From assembly GCA_963666515.2 (NCBI GenBank), contig OY762897.2, positions 1,888,001 through 1,952,000 on the forward strand: a stretch of 64,000 nt of DNA. Direction: 5' to 3'. The DNA comes from Candidatus Binatia bacterium. GTDB taxonomy: Bacteria; Desulfobacterota; Binatia; UBA9968; JAJDTQ01. Each line of letters begins with the position of its first letter. Position 1 is the stretch's first letter. Shown here in pieces: positions 27,235 to 37,150 of this stretch. A program made the position numbers and the translations under genes. The notes beneath the pieces are model-generated. The model worked only from the letters and a program-made list of their open reading frames with translations. It made no database searches and was not told the origin of the DNA.

Positions 27235-29466
27235 ATGGCAGACACCCCCGAGCTCGATCCCGTCAAGTACGAGATGTTCCTGCACCGCCTGTGGGCCATC
27301 GGCGAGGAGGGGCGCTCGTCCATCCAGAAGGTGACGGCCTCGCCCATCGTGGCCCAGGGCGGTGAGTGCATGGCGTCGTTCTACACGGCCGAGGGCGAGA
27401 TGATCCTGGCCTGCTCGGGGCACCTGCGGTTCGCCGCCGCCACCTCGGACGCCATCAAGAAGGTCATCGAGTGGTACGGCGAGAGCCCGGGCTTCTTCGA
27501 CGGCGACCAGCTCTTCTTCAACGACCCCTACATCGCCGGCGCCCACACCTACGACATGCTGATCATGAAGCCCATCTTCCATGACGGCGCGCTCACCAAC
27601 TGGATCGCGTCGAGCATCCACACCGCGGACACGGGCGGCTCCATGCGCGGCGTGGCCACGGAGATCTACCACGAGGGCATCCGCATCCAGGGCGCCAAGG
27701 TGGTGGAGAAAGGCGAGTTCCGCGAGGACGCCTTCCGCTGCCTGACGCAACAGTGCCGCGACCCGGAGTACGTGGGACAGGACATCCGCTCGCAGATCGC
27801 GTCCAACAACGTGTGCGCCCGGGGCTTCCTGGAGTTGGTGGAGAAGTTCGGCCGGGACTTCATCGACCAGGCGGGACGCAAGGTCATCGAGGACTCCGAG
27901 CGCATGGCGCGGGCGCGGCTGCGGGACCTGCCGGACGGCAACTGGACCTCGGTGATCCCCGGCACCGCCTGGGACCGCAAGGGCGGCGGAGTGAAGCCCT
28001 ACCACGTGGTGTGCCGGCTGGAGAAGAAGGGCGAGGACATGCACCTCGACTTCAGCGGCACCAGCGGCCAGATGAACGACATGTCCAACTCCACGCTGGC
28101 CGGCACCATGGCGCAACTGGCGGTGGCGCTGACCGACTTCCTGTTCTGGGACGTGCCCTGGAGCGACGGCAAGTTCAAGCCCATCTCCGTCACCATCCCC
28201 GAGGGCAGCATCCTCAACTGCCGCTTTCCCGCGGCCTGCGGCAACGCGCCCGCGGTGGGGGTGACGGCCAAGGTGGCGCTCCACGACTGCATCTCGCGCA
28301 TGCTCTACAGCGGCGGCAGCGACGACATCAACGCGGCCTGGCAGGGCATCTGGTACGGCGGCGGGCCGCTGGCCTTCTACGGCGGCCACAACCGCGAGGG
28401 GCTGGTGACGGCACAGGGGCTTTACGACGGCCACGGCGCCGGCTTCGGCGCCACGCCCACGCGGGACGGCGTCCCGTGCGGCGGCAACATGAACATACCC
28501 GGAGGCGGCGTCAGCGACATCGAGCGCATCGAGATGCAGTACCCGTTCATCTACTTCACCCGCAACAACCACATCGACGGCGGCGGCGCCGGCATGAACG
28601 CCGGCGGCACCGGCAGCTACCGCATCTACATGATCTTCGGCACCCGGGACTGCAGCGTGAACTACCCGCCCTACGGCTGCATGCCCGAGGGCGCGGGCCT
28701 GTTCGGCGGATACCCCACCGGCATCGGCGGCATCCGCGCGGTGTTCCACACCGACGGCGCCGCGCTGATGGAACGGCTGCGCGCGGGCGACTATCCCCTC
28801 CGGCCGGCGCAACTGGAGAGCGAGGGCTGGGGCGCGCTGGCCCATCCGGAGCATATCCAGGGACGCGTGCCGCTGCCGGAGCACTGCATCGTGGCCGACT
28901 TCGTGGGCGGCGGCGGCGGATTCGGCGACCCGCTGGAGCGCGACCCGGAGAAGGTCCGGCGCGACATCGGCGTCCGCGTCACCTCGCGGCGCATCGCCGA
29001 GGAAGTATTCGGGGTGGTGGTGACGGCCGACGGCGCGGTGGACGCCGAGGCCACCGCGGGCCGGCGGGAGGCGATCCGTGCCGAGCGCCTGGCACAGGGC
29101 GCGCCCCTGGCCGGCGCCACCAGCGCGGCGCCCAACGGAAGCCAAACCGCGGACGCGGGCGCCGACGCACTACGCTTCCATCCATGCATGGCCATCGCCC
29201 GCGAGGACGGCCGGCAAGTGATCCGCTGCACCCGCTGCGGCCACCGCTACTGCGAGGCCCACGACAACTACAAGCGCTACGCCCTCAGACGAAAGCGCGA
29301 CCTCGAGGAACTGTCCGGCCAAAAGATGCCGTCCGGCGAGCCCTACATCGCCAGCTTCATCGAGTACTACTGCCCCGGCTGCGCGGCCATGCTCCAGGTG
29401 GACACGTTCTGCCCCGAGCTGGACGACGAGAACGCGCCGGTGCGGGACTTCGGGCTGGAAGGGTAG
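27235..29466 (+). CDS. Hydantoinase B/oxoprolinase fused to acetone-carboxylase gamma-like Zn domain
   Basis: NDPYIAGAH..D, HTADTGG, EIYHEG, GGGGFGDPLERDP; C-terminal CTRCGH...NYK...EYYCPGC. Confidence 0.88.
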   Translation: MADTPELDPVKYEMFLHRLWAIGEEGRSSIQKVTASPIVAQGGECMASFYTAEGEMILACSGHLRFAAATSDAIKKVIEWYGESPGFFDGDQLFFNDPYIAGAHTYDMLIMKPIFHDGALTNWIASSIHTADTGGSMRGVATEIYHEGIRIQGAKVVEKGEFREDAFRCLTQQCRDPEYVGQDIRSQIASNNVCARGFLELVEKFGRDFIDQAGRKVIEDSERMARARLRDLPDGNWTSVIPGTAWDRKGGGVKPYHVVCRLEKKGEDMHLDFSGTSGQMNDMSNSTLAGTMAQLAVALTDFLFWDVPWSDGKFKPISVTIPEGSILNCRFPAACGNAPAVGVTAKVALHDCISRMLYSGGSDDINAAWQGIWYGGGPLAFYGGHNREGLVTAQGLYDGHGAGFGATPTRDGVPCGGNMNIPGGGVSDIERIEMQYPFIYFTRNNHIDGGGAGMNAGGTGSYRIYMIFGTRDCSVNYPPYGCMPEGAGLFGGYPTGIGGIRAVFHTDGAALMERLRAGDYPLRPAQLESEGWGALAHPEHIQGRVPLPEHCIVADFVGGGGGFGDPLERDPEKVRRDIGVRVTSRRIAEEVFGVVVTADGAVDAEATAGRREAIRAERLAQGAPLAGATSAAPNGSQTADAGADALRFHPCMAIAREDGRQVIRCTRCGHRYCEAHDNYKRYALRRKRDLEELSGQKMPSGEPYIASFIEYYCPGCAAMLQVDTFCPELDDENAPVRDFGLEG

Positions 29467-29651
29467 CCATCAAAAGCCGCCCGCTTCCGCGTCCTCCCAC
29501 AAGCGGTTGACCCCGTTCTCCGTCGATCATCCAGCCGCCCTCCACGGTCATGGCGTGGCAGTCCTTGCATTTTGGACATGTTTTTGCCATCTTATATTCA
29601 TATTTTAGCCACACATTGGCGGATTCTTTCGCCCGTGTTACAGCGGTCATC

Positions 29652-30629
29652 ATGGCCAAAGCACAGAAACTCGCACAGATTCGCCACGCCGCGGAACTCT
29701 ACTACGAGCAGGACCTGGGGCAGCAGGACATCTCGAAGATTCTGGGATGCTCGCTGTCCACGGTTTCCCGGCTCCTCGCGGAGGCCCGTGACCTGGGAGT
29801 CGTCGAGTTCAAGATACGGCGGCCCGCAGAAAACATCCCCGAGCTGGCGGTGGAGCTTCGCCAGCGCTTCCACCTGCGCGACGCCATCGTGGCGCCTGGC
29901 GGGAGCACCGAAAAGCTCAATTTCCGCAACGTGGGCATCGCTACCACGGAGTTCCTGACCGGCGTCATCGACGACCGCATGAAGGTGGGGATCACCTGGG
30001 GCAGGACGCTGACAGAGGTGTTGCGGGTGATGGAGCCGCGAGCCTTCGACGGCGTGGAGGTCGTGCAGATATCCGGGTCGCTGGAGTCGAGCGCTTCGGA
30101 AGAGTGCGGCCCGAAGACGGCCATCCGTCTGGCGGAGATCCTGCACGCATCCTGCCATCTGATTCCCGCGCCCGCCCTGGCCGATTCGAGGGAGGCGCGG
30201 GACCTGTTCCTGCGCCAACTCCAGATCCGCCGCGCCATCGACCGCGCCGCCGATGTCGACGTCATCATCCAGGGGATCGGGACGCTGTCGTCCGGCCAGT
30301 GCGGCCTGCAAAAGGCCGGCTACATCACCGAGGAACAGCGCAAAGCTGCGGTGGCCCGGGGCGCCGTGGGCCACGTGTTCGCGCGCATGATCGACATCCA
30401 CGGGCGCGAGGTCGGCGACTGCTCCGACCGCGTCATCGGCATCCCGTTGGAACGGATGCGCAACGCGCTCTGGTCCATCGGCGTCAGCGCGTCGCCGGAC
30501 AAGGCGCCCGCGGTCCTCGGCGCTCTGCGCGGCGGCTACCTCAACGCCGTGGTGATCGAAGAGGAAACCGCGCGAGAAGTGTTGAAGATGGCCGGAGCCA
30601 AGCCGGCGCGTGCCGGCGCCGCGGCCTAG
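29652..30629 (+). CDS. SorC/DeoR/LsrR sugar-binding transcriptional regulator
   Basis: AELYYEQDLGQQDI..VSRLLAEAR HTH, GITWGRT, GALRGG. Confidence 0.92.
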   Translation: MAKAQKLAQIRHAAELYYEQDLGQQDISKILGCSLSTVSRLLAEARDLGVVEFKIRRPAENIPELAVELRQRFHLRDAIVAPGGSTEKLNFRNVGIATTEFLTGVIDDRMKVGITWGRTLTEVLRVMEPRAFDGVEVVQISGSLESSASEECGPKTAIRLAEILHASCHLIPAPALADSREARDLFLRQLQIRRAIDRAADVDVIIQGIGTLSSGQCGLQKAGYITEEQRKAAVARGAVGHVFARMIDIHGREVGDCSDRVIGIPLERMRNALWSIGVSASPDKAPAVLGALRGGYLNAVVIEEETAREVLKMAGAKPARAGAAA

Positions 30630-30636
30630 AGGGACG

Positions 30637-31452
30637 TCAGGCCGAAGCCTCCTTCAGGAATTCCACCGCCTTGCGGTCGTAGACCTCGCCGGCGTCCCAC
30701 ATGAGCATGTGGCAAGCCTTGTCGATGATCTCCAGCCGGAGATCGGGCATCATCTCCTTGAGCTTGGCGCATTTCTCGGCCGCCTGGTTGCGGTCCTGCT
30801 TGCCGTAGAGCAGCAGCATGGGCGGCTTCACTTCCACGAGCCGCTCCCATAGCCGCGGCCCCTCCCGCTTGGGCTCCACCACCCGCTGCCGTTCCAGGAA
30901 CGTTTCGAGGTTCCTGCCCACGCTCATGCTGTGGCGCTTCTCCAGCACCTCCGGAGTGATCAGCTCCTTATGGTAAAGGTTCGACTCCAGGAGCTTGCGG
31001 CTGTCCTCAAGGGTCGGCGGCGCGTCGGTGCTCTCGGCGCTGGCGTGAGCCGGCGGCGGAAAATCCGGCAGTCCCTGCAGCAGGCTGCCGCTGCACACCA
31101 CCAGCACCTTGGCGACCCGGCCCGGGTGATCCAGGGCCGTCTGCACCACGATGCCGCCGGCCTGGGAGTGGCCGATGAGGGCGGCCTCGTCGGCGCCGAT
31201 GGCGCTCATGAACTCCGGCAGGAACCGGGTCCGGTAGGCCAGCGTGTAGTCCTCTGACGCATCGGACAGTCCGAACCCCGGCTGGTCGTAAGCCACCGCC
31301 CGGAACCCGGCGTCCGCCAGCGGCCCCAAGTGTCGCTCGAACACGTCCGCGGACGAGCCCAGCGAGGCGCCGTGCAGCATGATCACCGGCATCCCCGATC
31401 CTTCTTCCAGGTAACGAATCTTGAGACCGTCTACCGTGACTTCGCGTTCCAT
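30637..31452 (-). CDS. Alpha/beta hydrolase (MhpC-like)
   Basis: MLHGA, DQPGFGLS, GHSQAG, GKQD, ACH. Confidence 0.9.
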   Translation of the reverse strand: MEREVTVDGLKIRYLEEGSGMPVIMLHGASLGSSADVFERHLGPLADAGFRAVAYDQPGFGLSDASEDYTLAYRTRFLPEFMSAIGADEAALIGHSQAGGIVVQTALDHPGRVAKVLVVCSGSLLQGLPDFPPPAHASAESTDAPPTLEDSRKLLESNLYHKELITPEVLEKRHSMSVGRNLETFLERQRVVEPKREGPRLWERLVEVKPPMLLLYGKQDRNQAAEKCAKLKEMMPDLRLEIIDKACHMLMWDAGEVYDRKAVEFLKEASA

Positions 31453-31486
31453 AAGCCTGTCCTCCATTGACGACGCAATATCATAC

Positions 31487-31894
31487 TTACTCAAGCTCAT
31501 GCGCGGCGGCCGCAAGCGGGTGACCGAGAAGACGCCTGTCCACAGTGAGCAGCCTGAGACCTTCCTCCTGAGCCTGGACGAGCAGCAACTCGTCGAACGG
31601 GTCCTTGTGATCGAGCGGCGTCTCAAGCCCGCGCGCGGCATGGCGGATGGTCATGGGCAGAAACGTCACCTCTTGATCTTCAAGAGCGGCCACCACGTCG
31701 TCCGGAGAGAAACGGCTCTTGCGCGCACCCGACGGGTGGCGGGCATTGTGCTTGAGCCGCATTTCCCAAATCGAGACTGCGCTCACAAAAAGCTCCGCGT
31801 CGCGTGCCGTCAAAATCCGGCGCTCCGATTCCAGCAACTTTCCCGGCCGGTCCATGAAGTCGAACAGGTAGGACGTATCGAGAAGGACGCGCAT
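31487..31894 (-). CDS. VapC/PIN toxin
   Basis: LLDTS, SAVSIWE, HKDPFDELL. Confidence 0.9.
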   Translation of the reverse strand: MRVLLDTSYLFDFMDRPGKLLESERRILTARDAELFVSAVSIWEMRLKHNARHPSGARKSRFSPDDVVAALEDQEVTFLPMTIRHAARGLETPLDHKDPFDELLLVQAQEEGLRLLTVDRRLLGHPLAAAAHELE

Positions 31895-31905
31895 TGCCGA
31901 CCCGG

Positions 31906-32166
31906 CTATTCCTCATCGAGGCCGAGCACGCGGCGGCTGAAGGCGGGGTCGTTGAATTCCTCCGGCCAGCCTTCCCCGTCGCCCTCGATGCCGAGCCGGC
32001 GGCGCGCCGCTTCCAGCCTGTTGAAGTCTATGCCGCCACGCCGGTCGCAACGCACCAGTTCGGCGGCCGGCTGGCCGTGCCTGGTGATGATGACGCGCTC
32101 GCCGTTGCGGGCGGCAGCGACCAGTTCGGAGAGTCGTGCTTTCGCGTCGCGTATGGCAAGTTCCAT
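31906..32166 (-). CDS. Phd/YefM family antitoxin
   Basis: IRDAKARLSELV, GERVIITRHGQPAAELV. Confidence 0.9.
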   Translation of the reverse strand: MELAIRDAKARLSELVAAARNGERVIITRHGQPAAELVRCDRRGGIDFNRLEAARRRLGIEGDGEGWPEEFNDPAFSRRVLGLDEE

Positions 32167-32282
32167 GACTGCTCGCCCCGATTCCATTTTGCTTCCGCCA
32201 GTATGCCCGTGTAGGAGTGCTACATTCAAGACCATACTGTGACTACATCGGGTGCCCCGGTATGGGCCGGAAGGAGACGACG

Positions 32283-33041
32283 ATGAAGTGGCGCTAGTTG
32301 TTGCTTGGCTTGATGTTGCCGGCGTTGACGGGATTCTGGTGGGGCAGCTCCGGGTGGGACTTTCGGCGGTCGCTCCCGGCAGGAGCGAAGGAACACGGCC
32401 ATCAGACGGTGTCGGCGCCCGGCCATCCCGTGCGGTACGGGAACAACTCGGAGCGGTTCGAGGTGAGGCCCGGGGACTGCTCATCCAGCCCTGGAGGATG
32501 GGACGACTGCACGAACGATCGGGAGCGGGCCGAACTGATCCAGGAAGAGCCGCGGCAGCAGGAGGGCGACGAGTACTGGTACCGGTGGTCGATCTTTCTG
32601 CCGGAGGGCCACACCAACATCTACCCCGTCAAGCTGGCCTACGGGCAGTTCCATCAGAAACGGTGCAGGGTCGCCTTCATGTTCCAGGAATTCGGCGGCG
32701 GCTACCACCTGAACATCCAGCCCGTGATCGCGGGGTTCAACGACGACCGCCCGCTCCTGTCTGCGGCCGAGTTCGTGGGAAAGTGGAACGACATCGTCGT
32801 GCATGCGCGGTGGACGAAGCTGGACGACGGCTGGTTCAAGGTTTGGGCCAACGGCAAGCAGAAGGTCGACTACAAGGGGCACACCATGACCTGCGACACG
32901 GTCTACTTCAAGTACGGCGTCTACAGGTCGTTCATTTCAAGGAACGCCGAGCTGGCCGGCAAGGTCGCGACCATCTCCTACTTCGACGGGGTGGTGCGTT
33001 CCCGGTCGGGAGAAGGCATATTCGATCCCTTGCCGGAGTAG
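32283..33041 (+). CDS. Polysaccharide-lyase-like (heparin lyase I-type) secreted protein; in-frame TAG at codon 5
   Basis: RFEVRPGDC, DRERAEL, WYRWSIFLP, GQFHQ, YFKYGVYR. AAGGAG + ATG AAG TGG CGC TAG TTG is in frame with ORF 32298-33041. Confidence 0.75.
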
Positions 33042-33245
33042 GCCCAAGGTTTCCCCTATCGCGCGGAATGACCCCAGACGCTGAAGATTGGACTATGGAG
33101 GCGCGACACGATAAGATTTAAGGCTGCCACGGAGACCGCGACACAAGCTTGCCGAGACGGCCGCCCGATCTGTCCAATGGAAGGGCTTTGTGGCGCGGAA
33201 TACCGTGCATGCCTTGCCCGATAGCCAAGAACAACGGAGGCATAC

Positions 33246-33494
33246 ATGGCAACGGAACCCGAACTGCTTGAGCGCATTACAGTGCGCACGGAAGTCTTCG
33301 GCGGCAAACCCATCATTCGCGACCTGCGCATCGCGGTGGAGCACATCCTGGGAATGCTGGCGGCCGGCGATACCACCGAGACTATTCTCAAGGAATATCC
33401 GCTTCTGGAGCCTGAAGACATCCAGGCATGCCTGCTCTTTGCCCACCGCTCACTCATGGGCGACCAAGTGCATGAACGTGTGCCGGTCCGTTGA
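33246..33494 (+). CDS. DUF433 antitoxin
   Basis: GGKPIIRDLRIAV, EYPLLEPEDIQACL. Confidence 0.92.
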   Translation: MATEPELLERITVRTEVFGGKPIIRDLRIAVEHILGMLAAGDTTETILKEYPLLEPEDIQACLLFAHRSLMGDQVHERVPVR

Positions 33495-33886
33495 CCATCG
33501 TGAAGTTTCTTCTTGACGTTTGCGCATCATCCCGAAGCCTGCACGGAATGTTGACCGGCCTTGGCCACGACGTGCTTTCAAGCCTGGAACGGGACCCGCG
33601 CGCCACGGATGAAACGGTGCTCGCCCTGGCAAACGATGAACAACGGGTGCTCATTACCGAAGACAAGGACTTTGGTGAGCTGGTCTTTGTGCGTCACTTG
33701 CCACATCCGTGCATCATACGTTTCGTTGACATGCCGGTTGCGGAAAAGGTAACCGCCATGCGCGAATTGATCGAACGACATGCGGACGCGATGCGGGAAG
33801 ACACTTTGATCGTGGTGACACGGACACGTGTACGGATACGTCATCGACAACCCGATGAGCGAACTCGCCGACACGGTCGCCCATGA
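33491..33886 (+). CDS. DUF5615 PIN-like toxin
   Basis: KFLLD, GHDV, ATDETVL, RVLITEDKDFGELVF. Confidence 0.9.
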   Translation: MTIVKFLLDVCASSRSLHGMLTGLGHDVLSSLERDPRATDETVLALANDEQRVLITEDKDFGELVFVRHLPHPCIIRFVDMPVAEKVTAMRELIERHADAMREDTLIVVTRTRVRIRHRQPDERTRRHGRP

Positions 33887-33937
33887 CGACCTCACGGCAA
33901 CTAATCGCCGTCGCCGCAGCCCAGGCGGAGGATAGCT

Positions 33938-34330
33938 ATGACCGACTTCCGTGTAACCGATGAAATGTTGACAAAACTGAGAAAAAAACTCGAACTGAAA
34001 AGATTGAGGTCCGTACATCCATACGTCGTGGATCTGATCCGTGTTCTATGGCCGCACGGAGCAGAAGGTATGGAGAGACAGAAGGTGCTTGATTCACTTG
34101 AGCGACAGCGAGAAAGAGAAGGCTTGCCCGTCCCCTACAAATTCCAGGAGACGGTCCAATCCAGCTATCAGGCGCATTGCGTGGGTTACAGCGCCTTTGA
34201 AAAAAGCAAATTGACGGATTCGGAAGCTCCGTTCTTTTCACCGGGGGGCAAAGGCTCTGGAATATGGGCGGTTGACCGAGATAGGGCGCTTACGTGGTTG
34301 AAAAAAAAGGACTTCGAGGTCCAGTCGTGA
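33938..34330 (+). CDS. Hypothetical protein (AT-richer; possible winged-helix domain)
   Basis: GGAGG RBS, 130-aa ORF ending FFSPGGKGSGIWAV. Confidence 0.65.
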   Translation: MTDFRVTDEMLTKLRKKLELKRLRSVHPYVVDLIRVLWPHGAEGMERQKVLDSLERQREREGLPVPYKFQETVQSSYQAHCVGYSAFEKSKLTDSEAPFFSPGGKGSGIWAVDRDRALTWLKKKDFEVQS

Positions 34331-34389
34331 AGGAACGCTGACGGCCACGGGAGGCTCTTTCCCACCCATATCATTAGTGAGGGACGCAA

Positions 34390-34935
34390 TCAGATCACCT
34401 CTACCAACACTCCCTCCGGCGGCAGCAACGCATCGCACATCGAGGCATCGAGTCCACACGCCTGGCCCAAGGCAGATAAGACCAGGTCGGCGACCACGCG
34501 TTCCTCGCCCTCACGGCTTCGGGCGTTCTTTTCCAAAGTGACGGAGCGCACCTCCACGGTGGGGCCGCGGCACACCGCCACATGGGCGCGATGCTCGCCC
34601 TTCCTCGGTCGGTCCGTGACCAGCGCGGCGGTGCAGGCGATGCCCAGCACCGGCACGTCCTCGCTCGGCCTGAGCGCCAGCGCCCGCTCCTGGGCCTTCC
34701 GCGCCAGTGCTGCTGCGGTCTCCGCCGACGCCGCCTGCTCCGGCTCGTGACCCAGGAACTCGCGCATCGAACGGTCGCCGTAGGGCACCAGGGCTTCCAG
34801 CACCGTGCGGGAGGCTCCCGGTACGGCGAACAGGTCCGCCAATGCCTGGGCGCCGCCTCCGGTCACCACCAGCACGGCCATGTACGGGCTCCGGTGAATG
34901 GCTGCGATGAAATCGGTGAGGGAGGGGGCTGCCAT
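34390..34935 (-). CDS. CinA-like domain protein
   Basis: VTGGG, VPGASRTVLEA..PY, TAALVTDRPRKGEHRAH. Confidence 0.75.
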   Translation of the reverse strand: MAAPSLTDFIAAIHRSPYMAVLVVTGGGAQALADLFAVPGASRTVLEALVPYGDRSMREFLGHEPEQAASAETAAALARKAQERALALRPSEDVPVLGIACTAALVTDRPRKGEHRAHVAVCRGPTVEVRSVTLEKNARSREGEERVVADLVLSALGQACGLDASMCDALLPPEGVLVEVI

Positions 34936-34954
34936 GCCGGTCCAACGAATCCAG

Positions 34955-36121
34955 TCAGATCACGCCGCGCTCACGCAGGCTGCGGACCGCTTCGCCGTCG
35001 TAGCCCAATCCTAGCAGGACCTCGTCGGTGTTCTCCCCTACCAGCGGCGCCGGGCGGACGAAGCGCGGCGGCGTGTCCGACAGGTTCACGCTGCTGCCGA
35101 TGAGCCGGGTGGCGCCTCGTTCGGGATGATGGATCTCGCGGGGCAGTCCAAGGTGCCGGACCTGGGGGTCTTCGAAGACCTCCTCCGCGGCGTAGATGGG
35201 GGCGTGGCTCAGGTCTTCCCGGCCCAGGCGCTCCAGCCAGTCGGCCCGGGGCGCGCTGCCGAAATTCTCGCGCAGGATGCCCATCAGGTCGTCGTGGTGG
35301 GCGGCGCGGTCCTCGTAGGTGGCGAAGCGCGGGTCATCGAGCAGGTCGGCACGGTCGATGACCCGGATCAGGGCTTCCCAGGATCGGCGGTGGGTGGCCA
35401 AGTGCACGAGCAACGGACGCCCGTCCCCCGCCGGCAGCAAGAACAGCCGACCGCGCTGGAAGTTCTTGGGGGTCACGGCCTTGCCGCCGTTCAGGAACTC
35501 GGCGAAGTGCGACTCGATGAAGCCCATGCTCGCCTGCAATAGCGATGCGTCCACGAACTGTCCGGCGCCGGTGCGCTCGCGCGCCGCCAGCGCGGCCAGG
35601 ACGCCGTAGGCCGCGAACACGCCGGTGACGTGAGCGGTGATGGAGAGGCCGCCCATCTTTGGATCGCCCGGGTCGGTGAGCAGGCTCAGCATGCCGCTGA
35701 CCGCCTGGCCGATGGACTCGAAGCCCGGGCGGTCCTCGTACGGCCCGTCCTGGCCGAAGGCGGTGACCGAGCAGTGGATGAGCCGGGGGTTGCGCTGCCG
35801 CAGTTCGTCGTAGTCCAGCCCCAGGGACTTGCGCGTTCCCGGCCGGAAGCTCTCGATGAGGATGTCCGCCGATTCCAACATCCGGTGGAGAATGTCACGG
35901 GCCTCGGCTTCCCGCAGGTTGAGCGTCACGCTCTTCTTGTTGCGGTTGAGCACCCTGAAGACCGGGCTGTAGCTGTCACGTCCCCGGGCCGGATCGCCGG
36001 TGCCCGGAAGCTCCACCTTGATGACCTCGCAGCCCAGGTCGCCCAGCAGGCTCCCGGCGTAGGGGCCGGCCACGTGCCCGCTCGCGTCGATGGCGACCGT
36101 ACCGTCCAAGGCGCCGGTCAT
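34955..36121 (-). CDS. Family III CoA-transferase (CaiB/BaiF)
   Basis: AGPY..LGDLGCEVIKVE, NRNKKSVTLNL, ESFRPG, APLVGENT. Confidence 0.93.
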   Translation of the reverse strand: MTGALDGTVAIDASGHVAGPYAGSLLGDLGCEVIKVELPGTGDPARGRDSYSPVFRVLNRNKKSVTLNLREAEARDILHRMLESADILIESFRPGTRKSLGLDYDELRQRNPRLIHCSVTAFGQDGPYEDRPGFESIGQAVSGMLSLLTDPGDPKMGGLSITAHVTGVFAAYGVLAALAARERTGAGQFVDASLLQASMGFIESHFAEFLNGGKAVTPKNFQRGRLFLLPAGDGRPLLVHLATHRRSWEALIRVIDRADLLDDPRFATYEDRAAHHDDLMGILRENFGSAPRADWLERLGREDLSHAPIYAAEEVFEDPQVRHLGLPREIHHPERGATRLIGSSVNLSDTPPRFVRPAPLVGENTDEVLLGLGYDGEAVRSLRERGVI

Positions 36122-36164
36122 GCCGTGCTACCGCCGAACGGGAATTTGCGTACGGAACCGGACA

Positions 36165-36380
36165 TCAGAACGGATTGTTGAAGAAAGGTTTCCCCTCCCG
36201 CACCCGGAAGATGCCGACGAAGCCCAGGAGCCCGCCGAGGAAACCGCCGAGAAAGACGACCGTGGCCACGAAGTCGGTCATGTAACTGGGCGCAAGGACC
36301 GCGTACACCACTGCCCGGGCTACCAATCCGACCACGAGGGCGACCACCAGACCGATGGCTGTGAGGGTCCTGTATTTCAT
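36165..36380 (-). CDS. Small two-TM membrane protein
   Basis: MKYRTLTAIGLVVALVVG...; GGAGG upstream. Confidence 0.6.
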   Translation of the reverse strand: MKYRTLTAIGLVVALVVGLVARAVVYAVLAPSYMTDFVATVVFLGGFLGGLLGFVGIFRVREGKPFFNNPF

Positions 36381-36535
36381 CGATTCGCATCCTCCCGCGA
36401 CCCGTCCCGTGCCGTCCAAGGCAATGTTGACAGCGGTTGCAGGATTGCATACCCTCCTTAGCCGTTGCAAGCTGGCCGTTGTCCCGGATACGACTCGTAC
36501 CGTCCACGGGATGACCGTGATGGAGGATGCCCGAC

Positions 36536-37147
36536 ATGGAAACCCAGACGCCCAACGCCCTGGAGCGGTTCATCGAGAAGACCCGTGCGCTGTTCGCCGC
36601 GGAACCCGACCTGGAGAAGCGCTGGACCGCGTTGGAGCCGGTCCTGGCCGAGTTGCTGGCGGACCCCGACGTGCTGGAGGCGTCCAGGTCGTGGCCCGAC
36701 TGCGTGCCGCGGGACGGACGCGCCGAGAACCTGCTGTTCTACGAGGACCCGGACTATGGTTTCGCCGTCAACGGCCTGACCAAGGGCAACGCCCGCCAGG
36801 GCGGCCGCGCCCGCATCCACGACCACGCGCACATCTACACCCTCTACGGCGTCCTGGACGGCCACGAACGCATCGAGCGCTACGACCGGCTCGACGACCG
36901 CTCAAAGCCGGACTACGCGGAGATCCGCTTGGCCAGCGACAAGCACGTCGGTCCGGGCGAGATCGACCTGGTGCAGCCCTACGAGGTGCATACCGAGACC
37001 ACCGTGGGCGAGCGGACCGTGGCCGTCATCATCCGCAGCCAGAAGGGCGGCAGCTTCAACCAGGGCCGCTACAAGCACGAGACCAACGAATATTACGAAA
37101 GCCTGGGCCCGCGTCAGACGCCGGTGGAGATGCTGCCCGGTACGTGA
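36536..37147 (+). CDS. Cysteine-dioxygenase-like cupin
   Basis: LLFYEDPDYGF, IHDH, YGVLDG.E, EVH (3-His pattern). Confidence 0.75.
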   Translation: METQTPNALERFIEKTRALFAAEPDLEKRWTALEPVLAELLADPDVLEASRSWPDCVPRDGRAENLLFYEDPDYGFAVNGLTKGNARQGGRARIHDHAHIYTLYGVLDGHERIERYDRLDDRSKPDYAEIRLASDKHVGPGEIDLVQPYEVHTETTVGERTVAVIIRSQKGGSFNQGRYKHETNEYYESLGPRQTPVEMLPGT

Positions 37148-37150
37148 CGC

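Noticed and set aside
32295-32297. Pyrrolysine or genome-wide amber recoding
   Set aside because: Many genes here end normally in TAG and no pyl genes are seen
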